The notes below the pieces were generated by a model. That model searched no databases. It saw only the letters and a program-made list of their open reading frames with translations, and was not told the origin of the DNA. Below are positions 1 through 11,650 of a stretch of DNA of 64,000 nt, one piece after another. Each line of letters starts with the position of its first letter. The first letter of the stretch is position 1. The position numbers were made by a program, and so were the translations under genes. Source of the stretch: Octopus vulgaris (Eukaryota); the NCBI GenBank assembly GCA_951406725.2, contig OX597815.1:176514001-176578000 (forward strand), given 5' to 3'.

Positions 1-1200
1 TGTCATCCGGTATAGTATTTTCTCGAGGTATCCCATCACTAGGTTGGCAAAAGATGGTGCAGTACGCGTGCCCATCGCTGTTCCCGATCTTTGCCTGTAG
101 AAATCATTGTCAAAAATAAAATAATTGTTCTCTAAAATGAATCTAAGTCCTTCTATTATAAGGTCTTTGTTTATGCGAGTTGGGAGTTCAAAGGGGTAGT
201 TATTCAGCCAGAAGGTGATTGCTTCTATTCCTAGGTTGTGAGGGATGTTAGAATAAAGATTAACTACGTCGAATGATACTAGAAGGGTTTTCTCATTGAC
301 TGTTTTAGGGAGGTGGTTGAGCATATCTATATCGTCTCTTACGTAGCGTTTGATGTGTTTTAGGAAAGGTTTAAGAAGTGTGTCTAAGAAATTGCTGAGG
401 CGGTGAGTTTCACATGCTGGCCCTGCTATTATCGGTCTTAGTTTAAGATCATTTGGTGAAGGGATTTTGATGAGTGTGTCGGTGGATGTTTTGCACGTTT
501 CTCTAATGGTTTGGCTTTTGTGTACCTTAGGGATACCATAGAACAAACTCGATTTGCATTTGAAGTTAGTGATGTATTCATACTCCTTGTTCGTGAGTCC
601 TTCTTGGTATGTGTTGATTAATGTCCTAAGGTTATGCATTATTTTTTGCTGGTTATACTGTTGGGCCCTTTCATAATACGTTTCATCTCTTAATAGGGAT
701 AGCACTAAATTTTTATAATTGCTTGTATTCATTATTACTATCGCGTTGCCCTTATCTGCCTCCTTAATTGTTATTGTTTTGTCTTCTCTTAGTTTGATGA
801 GGTCGTTCCATTCTCTTTTGTTAGGGCTGTGTTTTTGTTTCTTGATGAATTGAAACGGGAAATTAGTTATGTAGTCACAATAGCGGTCTAAGGCTTTATT
901 CTTACCTTTGGTGGGGGTGTAATTGCTCTTGTTTCTAGCTATTGAGTCCTCCTCTATTTGTTTGTCTTGAAATGCCTCGGTGAGTCTTACTTTTCTGCAA
1001 AATTCCGAAATATCATCTTTCATTTCATAATAATTAGAACGTTGTGGGGTGGGTGTAAATTTAAGTCATTTGGAGAGTATGCTTATTTCGTTAGGTGTAA
1101 GTTCTTTGTTTGAGAGATTGATTATCTTAATTACCTGAGGTTTCTTTTGTTTGTCCTTTGCCATCGTGTGTCCCTGTTCCTGTGTGTGGGGTCTAAAAAA
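1..1200 (-). pseudogene. PLE reverse transcriptase frame (ORF2), with one in-frame TGA at 1066-1068
   Basis: The frame starts FRPHTQEQGHTMAKDKQKKPQVIKIINLS and has an ATG at 1164-1162. The TGA falls at the Gly of the conserved KGLKF motif. RT motifs continue to the window edge. Confidence 0.88.
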
Positions 1201-2532
1201 TGGTTGGTGTAGTTATGTTCAAAGCTATTATTTATCTGTCTCATGTTGTTATAATTGTCAGAGTGAGTTTGTGGTGCTCTGTTCTGGAGTCTGTTGTTGA
1301 ACCTAGTGTTACGTCTTAGTTCCTCAGGTGTATTGTGTTGGTAGTTGTTTCCTCCGTAGTGCATTTGTTGTTTGTTATGGTTGTATGGTTGGTTCCTGGG
1401 GTGGATGTTTGGTAGTAGCGTTTTGGTTTGGTTATGTGGGTTGTATTTTATAGTATTGTATGTTGTGGCTCTTAGGTTCGTGGAATGGTGTGGTGGGACC
1501 CTATAAGTGTTTTGGGGTTGGTGTAGGTAGTGTGGGGTGCGTTTTAAATGCATTTTTCTGGTGTAGAGTGTGTTTGGATTTCTTGGTGGTTGTTCTGCTC
1601 TGTTGGTATGTCTATTTTCGAACTGGTGTGGTGGGCCTCTGTAGGTGTTTTGGGGTTGGTGTAGGTAGTGTGGGGTGTGTTTTAGGTGTACTTTTTCTGG
1701 TGTAGAGTGTGGTAGGATTTCTTGGTGGTTGTTCCGTTCTATTGGTATTTGGTTTTGATTTGCTTAATTTTATGAAGGGGTTGTTGGATATGTGTTCATT
1801 TTTGAAGTTGGTTTCATAATCTAGAAACCAGATGGCGCTCTTTTCCCATCGTTGGAGGGACTTAAGTTCCTCTTTTTCACATTCTTCATTCCATAGTGCT
1901 GTTAATGTTTCAGTATTGTTGTCGTCTATTAGTTTGATGACTTCTTCGTTGATTTCCTCGTCTATGGTTTTTACTTTTTCTTCATTCGTTTTAGCTCTCA
2001 GCTTAAGTCGTTCTATTTCCATCTTCATTTTTTCTAATGACATTTTTTCTCTAAGTTTTCTTTGTTCTTCTGGTTCTCCCGAGATGGGTTTGATTTGTAA
2101 TTTACGGGGTATGAGTAGGGGTGTTGAGTCTAGCCATTTTTGGTAAATCTCTGCTTTATTCTGATTTTGTATCATTTTCCCAAAAGCGAATTTTCTGTTT
2201 CGCTGTAGTGTTCTCCATTGGGGGAGGACTTGGTTCTTTATTTGTAATGTTGAAGTTGCTCGGTTCTTCTCATGTGTTCCTTCTTTTTGTTGCTCTTGTT
2301 TCGTAAAGTTTGTGAAGAATGTCGTCATTGTATCGCATAGATTTTCAACTTTCTCGAATATTTCGGAGGGTGTTTTATTCGATTCGGTTTCCTCGTTAGT
2401 TTGTGTAGAAGGTCGAGGTGTTAAGTTGAGTTTGTTTAACACTGCTGTTAGGTTTGAATTTATGCTTTTCAATTCTTTCAGTATCTCTTCATTTATTGAG
2501 GAGATGTCGTTGGTGTCTTTTTTAGCAGGCAT
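1131..2532 (-). CDS. PLE ORF1-like protein (~466 aa after repairing one extra base near 1690-1696): helical/coiled-coil N-half, N/H/P/Q-rich C-half
   Basis: Track ORFs 1612..2532 and 1131..1553 join into one frame if 1 nt is removed from the upstream copy of a 138-bp repeat. REKMSLEKMKMEIERLKLRAKTNEEKVKTIDEEINEEV is a heptad-like charged segment. Confidence 0.7.
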
Positions 2533-2963
2533 TTTCGGGAGCTCGTACGTGATATGATATTTATAATAGGATTAGCTCGTATACGAGTAGGTATATATTT
2601 GTAAAAAATGAAGTTCGAAAATGCTGCTGTATTATACAATTTTTAATTTTTATATATACATTATAACATGTTTCAGTTCCTGAAATGAACCTTATCAAAA
2701 AAAGTTATATATAAAAAGAGACAGCTCATGCCGTCAAACACAAGAAATTCATTTATAATACACAACGGAGTCAGACATCTTAGAGTTCATGTATAGTTGA
2801 TATATAGTTCATGTATAGTTGATATATAGTTTGAAGTATATGTTCAAAGTGTTCGATGCAGTGGCCCACGGTGGCGATACGTATTCAATACAAAAAACAG
2901 ATCAAAGTGGTGGAAAGCGGTCAATACAGAAGATTGATGTTTCCGAAAGAGCGAGGAATTCAT

Positions 2964-3058
2964 TTTTATATATATATGTATATATGTATATATATGTATA
3001 TATACATATATGTATATATATATATATATATATGTACATATATGTATATATACATATA

Positions 3059-3128
<70 letters not shown>

Positions 3129-3165
3129 CATATATGTACATATATATATACATAAATGTACATAT
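2964..3165. repeat. (TA)n/(TACA)n microsatellite
   Basis: Direct reading. Confidence 0.97.
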
Positions 3166-3169
3166 GCTA

Positions 3170-4000
3170 TCTGAGATTCTATCACCCAAAGATCCAGTCC
3201 AATGACATCTCTGCAGCTCATCCATTTGACATTATGGATCTTCATAACGTAGACTGGGATGCGATCAATCATGATCTTTCACAAGCTGATTGGGCCTTCT
3301 CACATGCACACACACATCCCACCAACATAAACACATCATGGCAGACATTTGTAGATAGTGTAACAAATATGTGCGCCAAACATACTCCGTTAAGATCAGT
3401 GTACAAATCAGTGCAGAATCCCTAGAAATAGAAGAGCAATTATCAGAAAAATAAAAAGAATTAACAAGAAAATCAACCAACTTAAATATTGGCTACAATA
3501 ACGCACCCATTTGACTGCCATTGGATCACTCGAATAAAAAAAATACAACCTCTAAAATGATAACCATCATTAACAAATAAAGAGCGGCCGAGAAGAATTG
3601 GGCCATTGAGGAAATAAAACTCAATTCCAAAATGTTCTTTCATTTTATGTTTCCATCCAAGACTTGGCCCCCGTGCTATCCGTCCACTACAAAAATCGAA
3701 CTCAGGACACATAACAATATTACGTCACAACTACTTTACTTTAACCGGTCCATCTCTCTTTAATACCATACCAAAATACGCCAAAACGGAGACGGATCCC
3801 ATAAAATTCAAATGTTCACTGGACAAATTACTTCAAAAAATCCTGGACCAACTAGCGACACCTGGATATTGTCTCCAACAATAATAACTCTTTGCTATAG
3901 TGGGCCATGGTGTCCCATGTATGATTAAAAGACTTCACCAGGTGGCGCTATTAAGTTAGGCATCGACTGGGCCTATACTGGCCGAAACTTCTCAAAGTTA
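3170..4000 (+). mobile_element. CR1/L2-group LINE remnant, internally deleted (APE-RT linker joined to the C-terminus and 3' UTR)
   Basis: [30 protein letters not shown] is followed by HPRLGPRAIRP..RHNYFTLTGPSLFNTIPK..FKCSLDKLL. The C-terminus resembles track ORF 50476..50721. Confidence 0.7.
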
Positions 4001-4055
4001 TATATATATATATTTAAGAATATATATATATATTTAAGAGGCCATGGGCCAACAT

Positions 4056-4128
4056 GTTTTGGGGATCTGACGATACGCCATGAAGCGAAAGCCTTTATGG
4101 GCAGGAAACCTAAGGTAATTCCATAAAC
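4056..4128 (+). ncRNA. Type I hammerhead ribozyme candidate
   Basis: gggat-CTGACGA-[ccatgaa gc GAAA gc c tttatgg]-GAAA-CC TAA GG-TA-attcc. Confidence 0.6.
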
Positions 4129-4198
4129 CGTCCTTCCCCATTTTTAATTTATACCGCTCTACATCTTGTGCTTCTTTGTGATTAATGCCTTTTAAAAA

Positions 4199-4230
<32 letters not shown>

Positions 4231-4338
4231 CACCAGTATCTTACAAACAACAGCTGGCTAGAAAAATGAGATTTAAAGTATGAAATTCAATTGTAAATAA
4301 ACTCAGAGAAAAGTAAAACAATAATGCGGACAATACAA

Positions 4339-4339
<1 letters not shown>

Positions 4340-4388
<49 letters not shown>
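4340..4388. repeat. (AAT)n microsatellite
   Basis: Direct reading. Confidence 0.95.
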
Positions 4389-4390
<2 letters not shown>

Positions 4391-4698
4391 CATACAGCAA
4401 AAAAAAAAAATCCTAAATATTATTGTCTTAATTTCTTATAGTATATATCTGTCTCAACGACAGGTGCGCATTTTCTCACAAAAATTGTTAAAATCACAAA
4501 AATAAAGAAATATAAGTTAGTGTTGCTGCTGCATCAGTTACTAACATTTTAGGCTTTTTTTTTTGAAGACGCGATCAACACAGACAATATTGACTTATAT
4601 TTAATCCATTTCTAATGTCTGAAGTGCAAAGGTATTCAAGTATTTTCCAGACGATAACACTTTTTGAAACAAAATGTATACTCTCCCTCTCTCCCCCA

Positions 4699-4743
<45 letters not shown>

Positions 4744-4769
4744 TTATTTATTTATCTATCTTTCTATCA

Positions 4770-5060
4770 TCATTCTCTGTGTATTATGGGTTCTGAAGGG
4801 TGTTGTCTTTCGTGAAATGTTAAACCAAAACAATACAGCTAATGCAAAGAAGCATTGTCATTAACTGGAAGCTCTGTGCAAAGGGAAACAGCCCATTATT
4901 TGTCAGTGTTTCTCTTACACTCTTATATAAGACCACATTGTGCCCAAGTCGCCGAGGGAAAGATTATGGCAATAAACATGGAAGTTTTGCTTTTTCGCTA
5001 GAATCTTGCTGATCTTGCTGACCATCATCTTTGCAAAAGATTGCAACATCTAGAGAGGAA
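4770..5060 (+). mobile_element. Highly degenerate mariner transposase fragment
   Basis: CVLWVLKGVVFREMLNQNNTANAKKHC resembles VWWDxKGVIYYELL..TINA..YC. RPHCAQVAEGKIMAINMEVLL..DLADHHL resembles RPH..KI..EVLPHPPYSPDLAPSDYHL. Confidence 0.55.
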
Positions 5061-5928
5061 ACGGCGTATCTATTGCGACAAAAGTGTAAAACGATGTTGA
5101 GTGTTTCTTTGCTTCAGAACCTACATCATTTTACACTTGAAGGAACAACGATTTGTCGAATAGATGCTTATTATGTCATCGATAATGGCGATACATATAA
5201 TCTTGATAAAATATATCAAAGCAGTTTTTGTTTCTCTCTTGTCTTGAAATGTGACAGGACTTTCTTTCCCTCTTAATATTTTGAAACAATTGACATTGAT
5301 CTCTCGCTCGTGATATGACCTTTGGTTCCTTCAGTATGATTATGCCTACGGCTGTTGTTCTTAATGTACAAATATATACAATTAAACAATACATAATGCA
5401 TTGATACAGAAACCTGGTAGGCAAACGGTTACTTTCACAACATAAACAACCAATTCTATCCAATGGTTAAGCATAGTTGACATAACAAATGATGGATCTT
5501 TGATAATTGCTCTATATATAGATCTATAACCAATAATATATTTTACCTAAAGGCTGATTTTGTGTTTTTTTCTCGTTTAAAAAATTGCTACGAAGTGAAT
5601 ATATTCAATGTTTGCATCCTTTTGTACCCGTTCACGGGGTTAAATAACTACAGTCATCCCGTAGGATTGCCATTAAATGGTTTATTTTTAATGGATTGGA
5701 TTGCCAAAGTTTTTGTAACCATGAAACTCATTAGACATCTACAAGTCTCGTATGCAATGCTTCTACTTATAGATCGCATATCAGCCAATCTATGCACTGG
5801 GGGTACTGTTTAGATATATTTTGTGTATGAAACTTTGATGAGAAAAATAAAAATAGTAAAATCTAGAAATGTTTAGAAAAGGAACATATTCTGTATATAT
5901 TCATAAATGATCTCCAATAGTAAGTGTA

Positions 5929-6344
5929 GGCGCAGGAGTGGCTGTGTGGTAAGTAACTTGTTTACCAACCACATGGTTCTGGGTTCAGTCCCACTGCGTG
6001 GCACCTTGGGCAAGTGTCTTCTACTATTATTGCCTCGGGCCGACCAAAGCCTTGTGAGTGGATTTGGTGGACGGAAACTGATAGAAGCCCGTCGTATATA
6101 TGTATATATATGCATATGTGTGTGTGCGTGTATGTTTGTGTTTGTCCCCCTAGCATTGCTTGACAACCGATGCCGGTGTGTTTATGTCCCCGTTACTTAG
6201 CGGTTCGGCAAAAAGAGACCGATAAAATAAGTACTGGGCTTACAAAAGAATAAGTCCCGGGGTCGAGTTGCTCGATTAAAGGCGGTGCTCCAGCATGGCC
6301 ACAGTCAAATGACTGAAACAAATAAAAGAGTAAAAAAAAAAAAA
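5929..6344 (+). mobile_element. tRNA-derived SINE, family 1, full length
   Basis: A-box-like TGGCTGTGTGG, B-box-like GGTTCAGTCCC, internal (TA)/(TG) tract, tail GGCGGTGCTCCAGCATGGCCACAGTCAAATGACTGAAAC followed by A-rich sequence. Four further copies occur in the window. Confidence 0.9.
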
Positions 6345-7984
6345 TAACAGTCTTGCGATTAACGGTTACTTAAAAAGGAGAACCTCAATCGGCGGCGTCG
6401 ACATTTTTTCTAAAGCCGAACGATATGGTCAAAAGATGTCAAATTTATAAGAAGATTCCAAAAGTGGTAAATAGAAATCAAATTGTACGTAGTGCTTCTA
6501 CATATCGCAGTCCTGGCCAGTGTATAATGCGTCGACTGTGTAAAATGCCGGTCTTGTGATATGGTGCACCGAAACGTTTATTGCAGATAATGAGAAGTTC
6601 AAAACCAACTGATGAAACACACCCACAACATTATGTTAGGATATCCTAAATATAATTTTTTGATTGTAACCAATCATCCTTAAATTATATAATTTATGAG
6701 AAGAAGAATCTTAATTCATCCAAGAAGATAAGCTCGAAAGTGATATTTCTGTTTTGCGTCAAGTTTTGTTTGACATTGTGTTTTCGATAACTTGTGATTT
6801 TCTTCACGACCATTGATACTTGCAATGCCTCGCTTTTAGGTGCCACCTTAATAAGTATTCCAGATACTTACACACGATACTTAATCGGGCATATAACTAT
6901 TTATAATGAAATTCTTTGATAAAGAAAATGTGCTACCTATTACTGAAAATGCTTTTTCTGATCCCTGTTTCTCTCCGAAATCCAAACCCTGCGCTTAACT
7001 AATATTCACAGGTTACTTATTATCTTTATTGAATTTTGTGGACTATTTTATACATAATGGTTAATAGAATAATATGTTATTTTCATTGCTTTGACATATT
7101 GATGAGAGGCCAAAACCAACGGCTTTCATTATAACTCACCGATGTTTATTCTCTTGGCGAATATTGAAGAAATCGAGCATACCAAAGTTCTTCTTCACGA
7201 TACCTAATTATCCAAGACAATCCTTGTAACATGAAAATTAATGCCAAATGTGATTAAAAACCAACTGAATGAACAAAACTCAAAAGAGGACACAGAAAAA
7301 AAGAAAGAAAATAAACATGCAGCCGATTGAAATACTTTGGATTTGAAAATAAATATATTGTCTAAGGTATCAGGTCTGAACGGACCTGGGAATAATGAAA
7401 ATTATGGGGTAGAATACATGCTTCCTGCAATCCCAGAACTCTAGAGAGATTGGTTACAATAATAGAGATACTACATACAAACCTTTCATCGTACTTACTT
7501 GAAGTCAAACTAAATAGTAACTTTTGAAATAATTTAATACGTACGTTTCATGATTGCTTAATACATAAAAGGAAATGTATCCGTTATGTAAACCTTCCTC
7601 ACTTAAAGCATTTGAAAAATATGAAGTTGTTGGTGAAAACATATTCAATGTATGTGTTTAGAGCAGAAGGTTGACTACTAAATTAGGATGATTAATATGT
7701 ATACAAAGGGGACGGAGAGAAAAAGAGACGGGAGAGAGGAAGAAATCAGAAAAGAAGAGAAGGATATGTAAAAGACAGGGGAGAGAGAGAAAGGATGTAT
7801 GAGTGAAGAGAATTGAAAGAAAATGGGATAATTTTGATTGATGAAAAATAGATTCAGAAGATCAATAATTTTGGAGAGAGGATGTGGGTGGAATAAACCA
7901 GGTGTAGGGTGTTGGTAGGGGATGGAATTAGTTCTATAATAATTGACGTCGAAATGGAAGTATGCAAGATGAAGGTGAAAACAA

Positions 7985-8442
7985 ACCAGTAATAATTGGA
8001 GCATTGGGCATGATAAAAATCAAATGGACAAAAACGCAAAAGCTATGCTTGAATCTTCAGCACTACGCATTATCCAAAAAATAGCCCTGCTAAGAACAGC
8101 CCATATCCTATGCAAAACATTATCAATTCAATAATACAACCCAAACAAAACAATTCACAAACATAAGGCACACTCCATACAGCAAATATCCAAGGAAATA
8201 AACTACCACCAGCAAACCGAATAACCAACGCATTGCACACACAGCACACAATAAAAGCAGTAATACATAAAAAAAGATTGCACCACGTATCATAAAAAAA
8301 TAGAAACAGACGCAATACAGTATCGGGTAGAGGTTGCATTCCCCCAACAACAAAAACGAACACGCAATGGCGCACAGATCCCAGCAACACAGAGGTGTAG
8401 CAGGTGATGCAGTAGAAATTTGCCTGAAACTACCAACTGTTG

Positions 8443-8443
<1 letters not shown>
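7985..8443 (+). mobile_element. Dong/R4-type RLE non-LTR element, 3' fragment
   Basis: IIGALGMI..IQKIALLRTAHILCKTLSI matches the C-terminus of ORF 56840..58648. The 3' UTR runs into (AAT)n. Confidence 0.8.
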
Positions 8444-8646
<203 letters not shown>

Positions 8647-8649
8647 AAA

Positions 8650-8888
8650 GCCAAAAAACCAAAGCGTTATACACTCAATACACAACATAAGCAGTAACAC
8701 AACAAAAGACTCCACCACACCTCAAGGAAAAGAAGTTACCACATACAGTAGTGGGAAGAGTTCGCACCCTTCCAACAGCAGAAAAGACCACACAACGCTG
8801 CACACACACACACACACACACCAGCAACACGGAGGTGTAGCAGGTGATGCAGTAGAAACTTGCCTCAATCGACCAAATGTTGAACAGT
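8650..8888 (+). mobile_element. Second, related Dong 3' UTR fragment
   Basis: CCAGCAACACGGAGGTGTAGCAGGTGATGCAGTAGAAACTTGCC is nearly identical to 8381-8424. Confidence 0.7.
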
Positions 8889-8939
<51 letters not shown>

Positions 8940-8987
8940 TATATAATAATAATAAAATATTATAAAAATATAATCATTATATAATAA

Positions 8988-9352
<365 letters not shown>

Positions 9353-9934
9353 CTCCAGGAGTTCCAATAAAACCTGAGTTAAGAAGAATAACAATAATAA
9401 TAATAATATCCTATAAGGGGATTTTTTTACGTTACTTCATCTGTCTGTATATTTGCTTCTCTGTTTCAGACCATTTCCTTCTTGCGTGGAGGCTAGGTAT
9501 ATTCTGCCTATATTTTTCTCAATTTTTTTTAACATATTATTGTTGCTGCCGTCGTTGTCGGTGTTCTTAGCTAGTTTTTGTTAAATGCTAGCATTATCAA
9601 TTTTTATCATTATGTCCGTCATTGGGCAAGAATTTTTAACGAACCCTTTTCCTATTATTTATTGCAGTACTGCGTACAAGTAATCGAAGATTATGTGAGG
9701 AAACTTCTATACATACACTGGATCACTCTTCCGTCGCAACTCACTGAATACGAAGAGAATATGGACGTTCATTGTGATAATATTAAAGAAACTTCCGATT
9801 TAGTGTCTACCTCCTCATCTCATTATACATAAACCTTTTCCCCTGTACATTTATAGCAGAATATTTCTAAGTGCTGGACCATTTCACCTCGACTTCAATA
9901 AAAAGATTGCCAATATATATATAATGCATATTAC

Positions 9935-10036
<102 letters not shown>

Positions 10037-10573
10037 TTCTACATTCACTATATACACTCCTATAAACGTATATTATATATTTAGATATAAGTAATACACA
10101 CATATAAATATGATAGAAGAGTAAAGACAGAATGCGAGAGAGGGAGAGAGAGAGAGGGAGAGAGAGAGGAAGAAGGAGAGAGAGAGAGTTAAAACTAAGA
10201 TCTAAATAGGCAGAGCATCATCAGTGTATTTCATTTTCAAATAGAAGGAAATGCATTAAGATACATAAAATAAAAAAGAAAAGAAAATTCTCTCACGAAA
10301 TTTCCATTTAGGGACGTAACAAAGCTTGTAAACACCATTTATGTCTGTACGTTTTCTGATGCTATAAGGGGATTTTTTTTACGTTACTTCTTCGCCTGTC
10401 TGTATGTTTGCTTTCCTCTAGCTCTGTTTCTCATATATACATACATACTTATATAATATATACATGCATATATTCACACACACACACACACACATATAGA
10501 TATGTCTGTGTATATAAATATATATCTATGTATATATGCACTCATATACATACATTATATATATTTATACATG

Positions 10574-10617
<44 letters not shown>

Positions 10618-10628
10618 TGTGTGTACAT

Positions 10629-10662
<34 letters not shown>

Positions 10663-10836
10663 GTGTGTGTGTGTGTACATACACACACACATATATATCT
10701 GTATGTATGTACACACATACACCCACACACATTAAAATAATGTGTTTGTTAACAACGTTTACAACCGTGTAGAGAAAGTATATTCTCCTTTTTCTTTATT
10801 GGAATATATCGGTCTTATTTATTTGGGATTTGAAGC

Positions 10837-10891
<55 letters not shown>

Positions 10892-11327
10892 CTACATTAG
10901 TGCTTTTTCGATGAGGTCGGCAATGGCGTTAGTTGAAGAACCGTTTTGATTTGATACTATTACCATTCACATATACGTATGTGTTTATATACTTGCAGGC
11001 CTGTGTGACCGTGTTGCATAAAGTTCATCCTAATATCATTCCTGTGTATGGTAAAAGAGCAGAATGGCTATACAGTGCCACCACTGGTGATGCTCTGTTT
11101 CTCAATCTGTTCCTCTCTCTCTCTCCCTCTTCCTTCCTTTGTTTCTCCAGCGACATCTACTGGAAAGCGAAACTATTCGTTTACATGTTTCCTACAGGTG
11201 TAGAAACGTCCTTTCACCTGTTTAATCTACTGTCAATAGATTAAATGCAAAAACTAGAGTTAATGTTATTTATGGTCTTTGTGATGAAGGAAGATGTCTT
11301 TGGTAATAAATGCATGCTCATTCACAC

Positions 11328-11650
11328 AGGCACTCCATCGATTACAGCGACGAGGGTTCTAGTTGATTCGCTCAACGAAACAGTCCGCTCGTAAAATTTA
11401 CGGGGAAGTGGCTGAGCACCCCACAGTCAGGCGTACTCCAAACACAGTCCTCAGGGAGATGCAGCCTGACACAGAATGGTAAAAAGCGGGCCCTTTCAAA
11501 TACAGGTTTTATTCGTTTTTACAAGCTGAGTTGACCGAAGTAACATGAAGCAACATGAAGCTCATGGACACAACACTGTGCCGGGTGCCGAACTTCCGAC
11601 CTTACAATCACGAGCCGAATACGCTAAACATTAAGCCTCGTGCCTTCACA
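11328..11650 (-). mobile_element. tRNA-derived SINE, family 3 (diverged)
   Basis: The minus strand starts GTGAAGGCACGAGGCTTAATGTTTAGCGTATTCGG..GTTCGGCACCCG. It is homologous to 33010-33300. Confidence 0.75.

Larger units (their letters stand above)
1..2710 (-). mobile_element. Penelope-like retroelement, 5' part (pLTR remnant, ORF1, N-terminal two-thirds of RT); runs off the window start
   Basis: The minus strand reads IINLSNKELT..SK(*)LKFTPTP, IKEADKGNAIVIM, FYGIPKVHK, LRPIIAG, LVSFDVVNLYSNIP and YRQRSGTAMGTRTAPSFANLVMGYLE, all characteristic of PLE RTs. Confidence 0.92.

Noticed and set aside
1066-1068. In-frame TGA in the PLE RT as selenocysteine recoding (known in some Naiad PLEs)
   Set aside because: It falls at the Gly of KGLKF (GGA>TGA), not at a Cys position. 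A point mutation is the simpler explanation.
2819-3272. Many track ORFs rich in YI, II, HT, CV or MYVC (also about 8100-9400, 17400, 20000, 35700, 45700)
   Set aside because: These are translations of microsatellites, not genes.
6400-7520. Faint Helitron Pif1-helicase-like words (e.g. ENYGVEYM)
   Set aside because: Too degenerate to support without a profile search.
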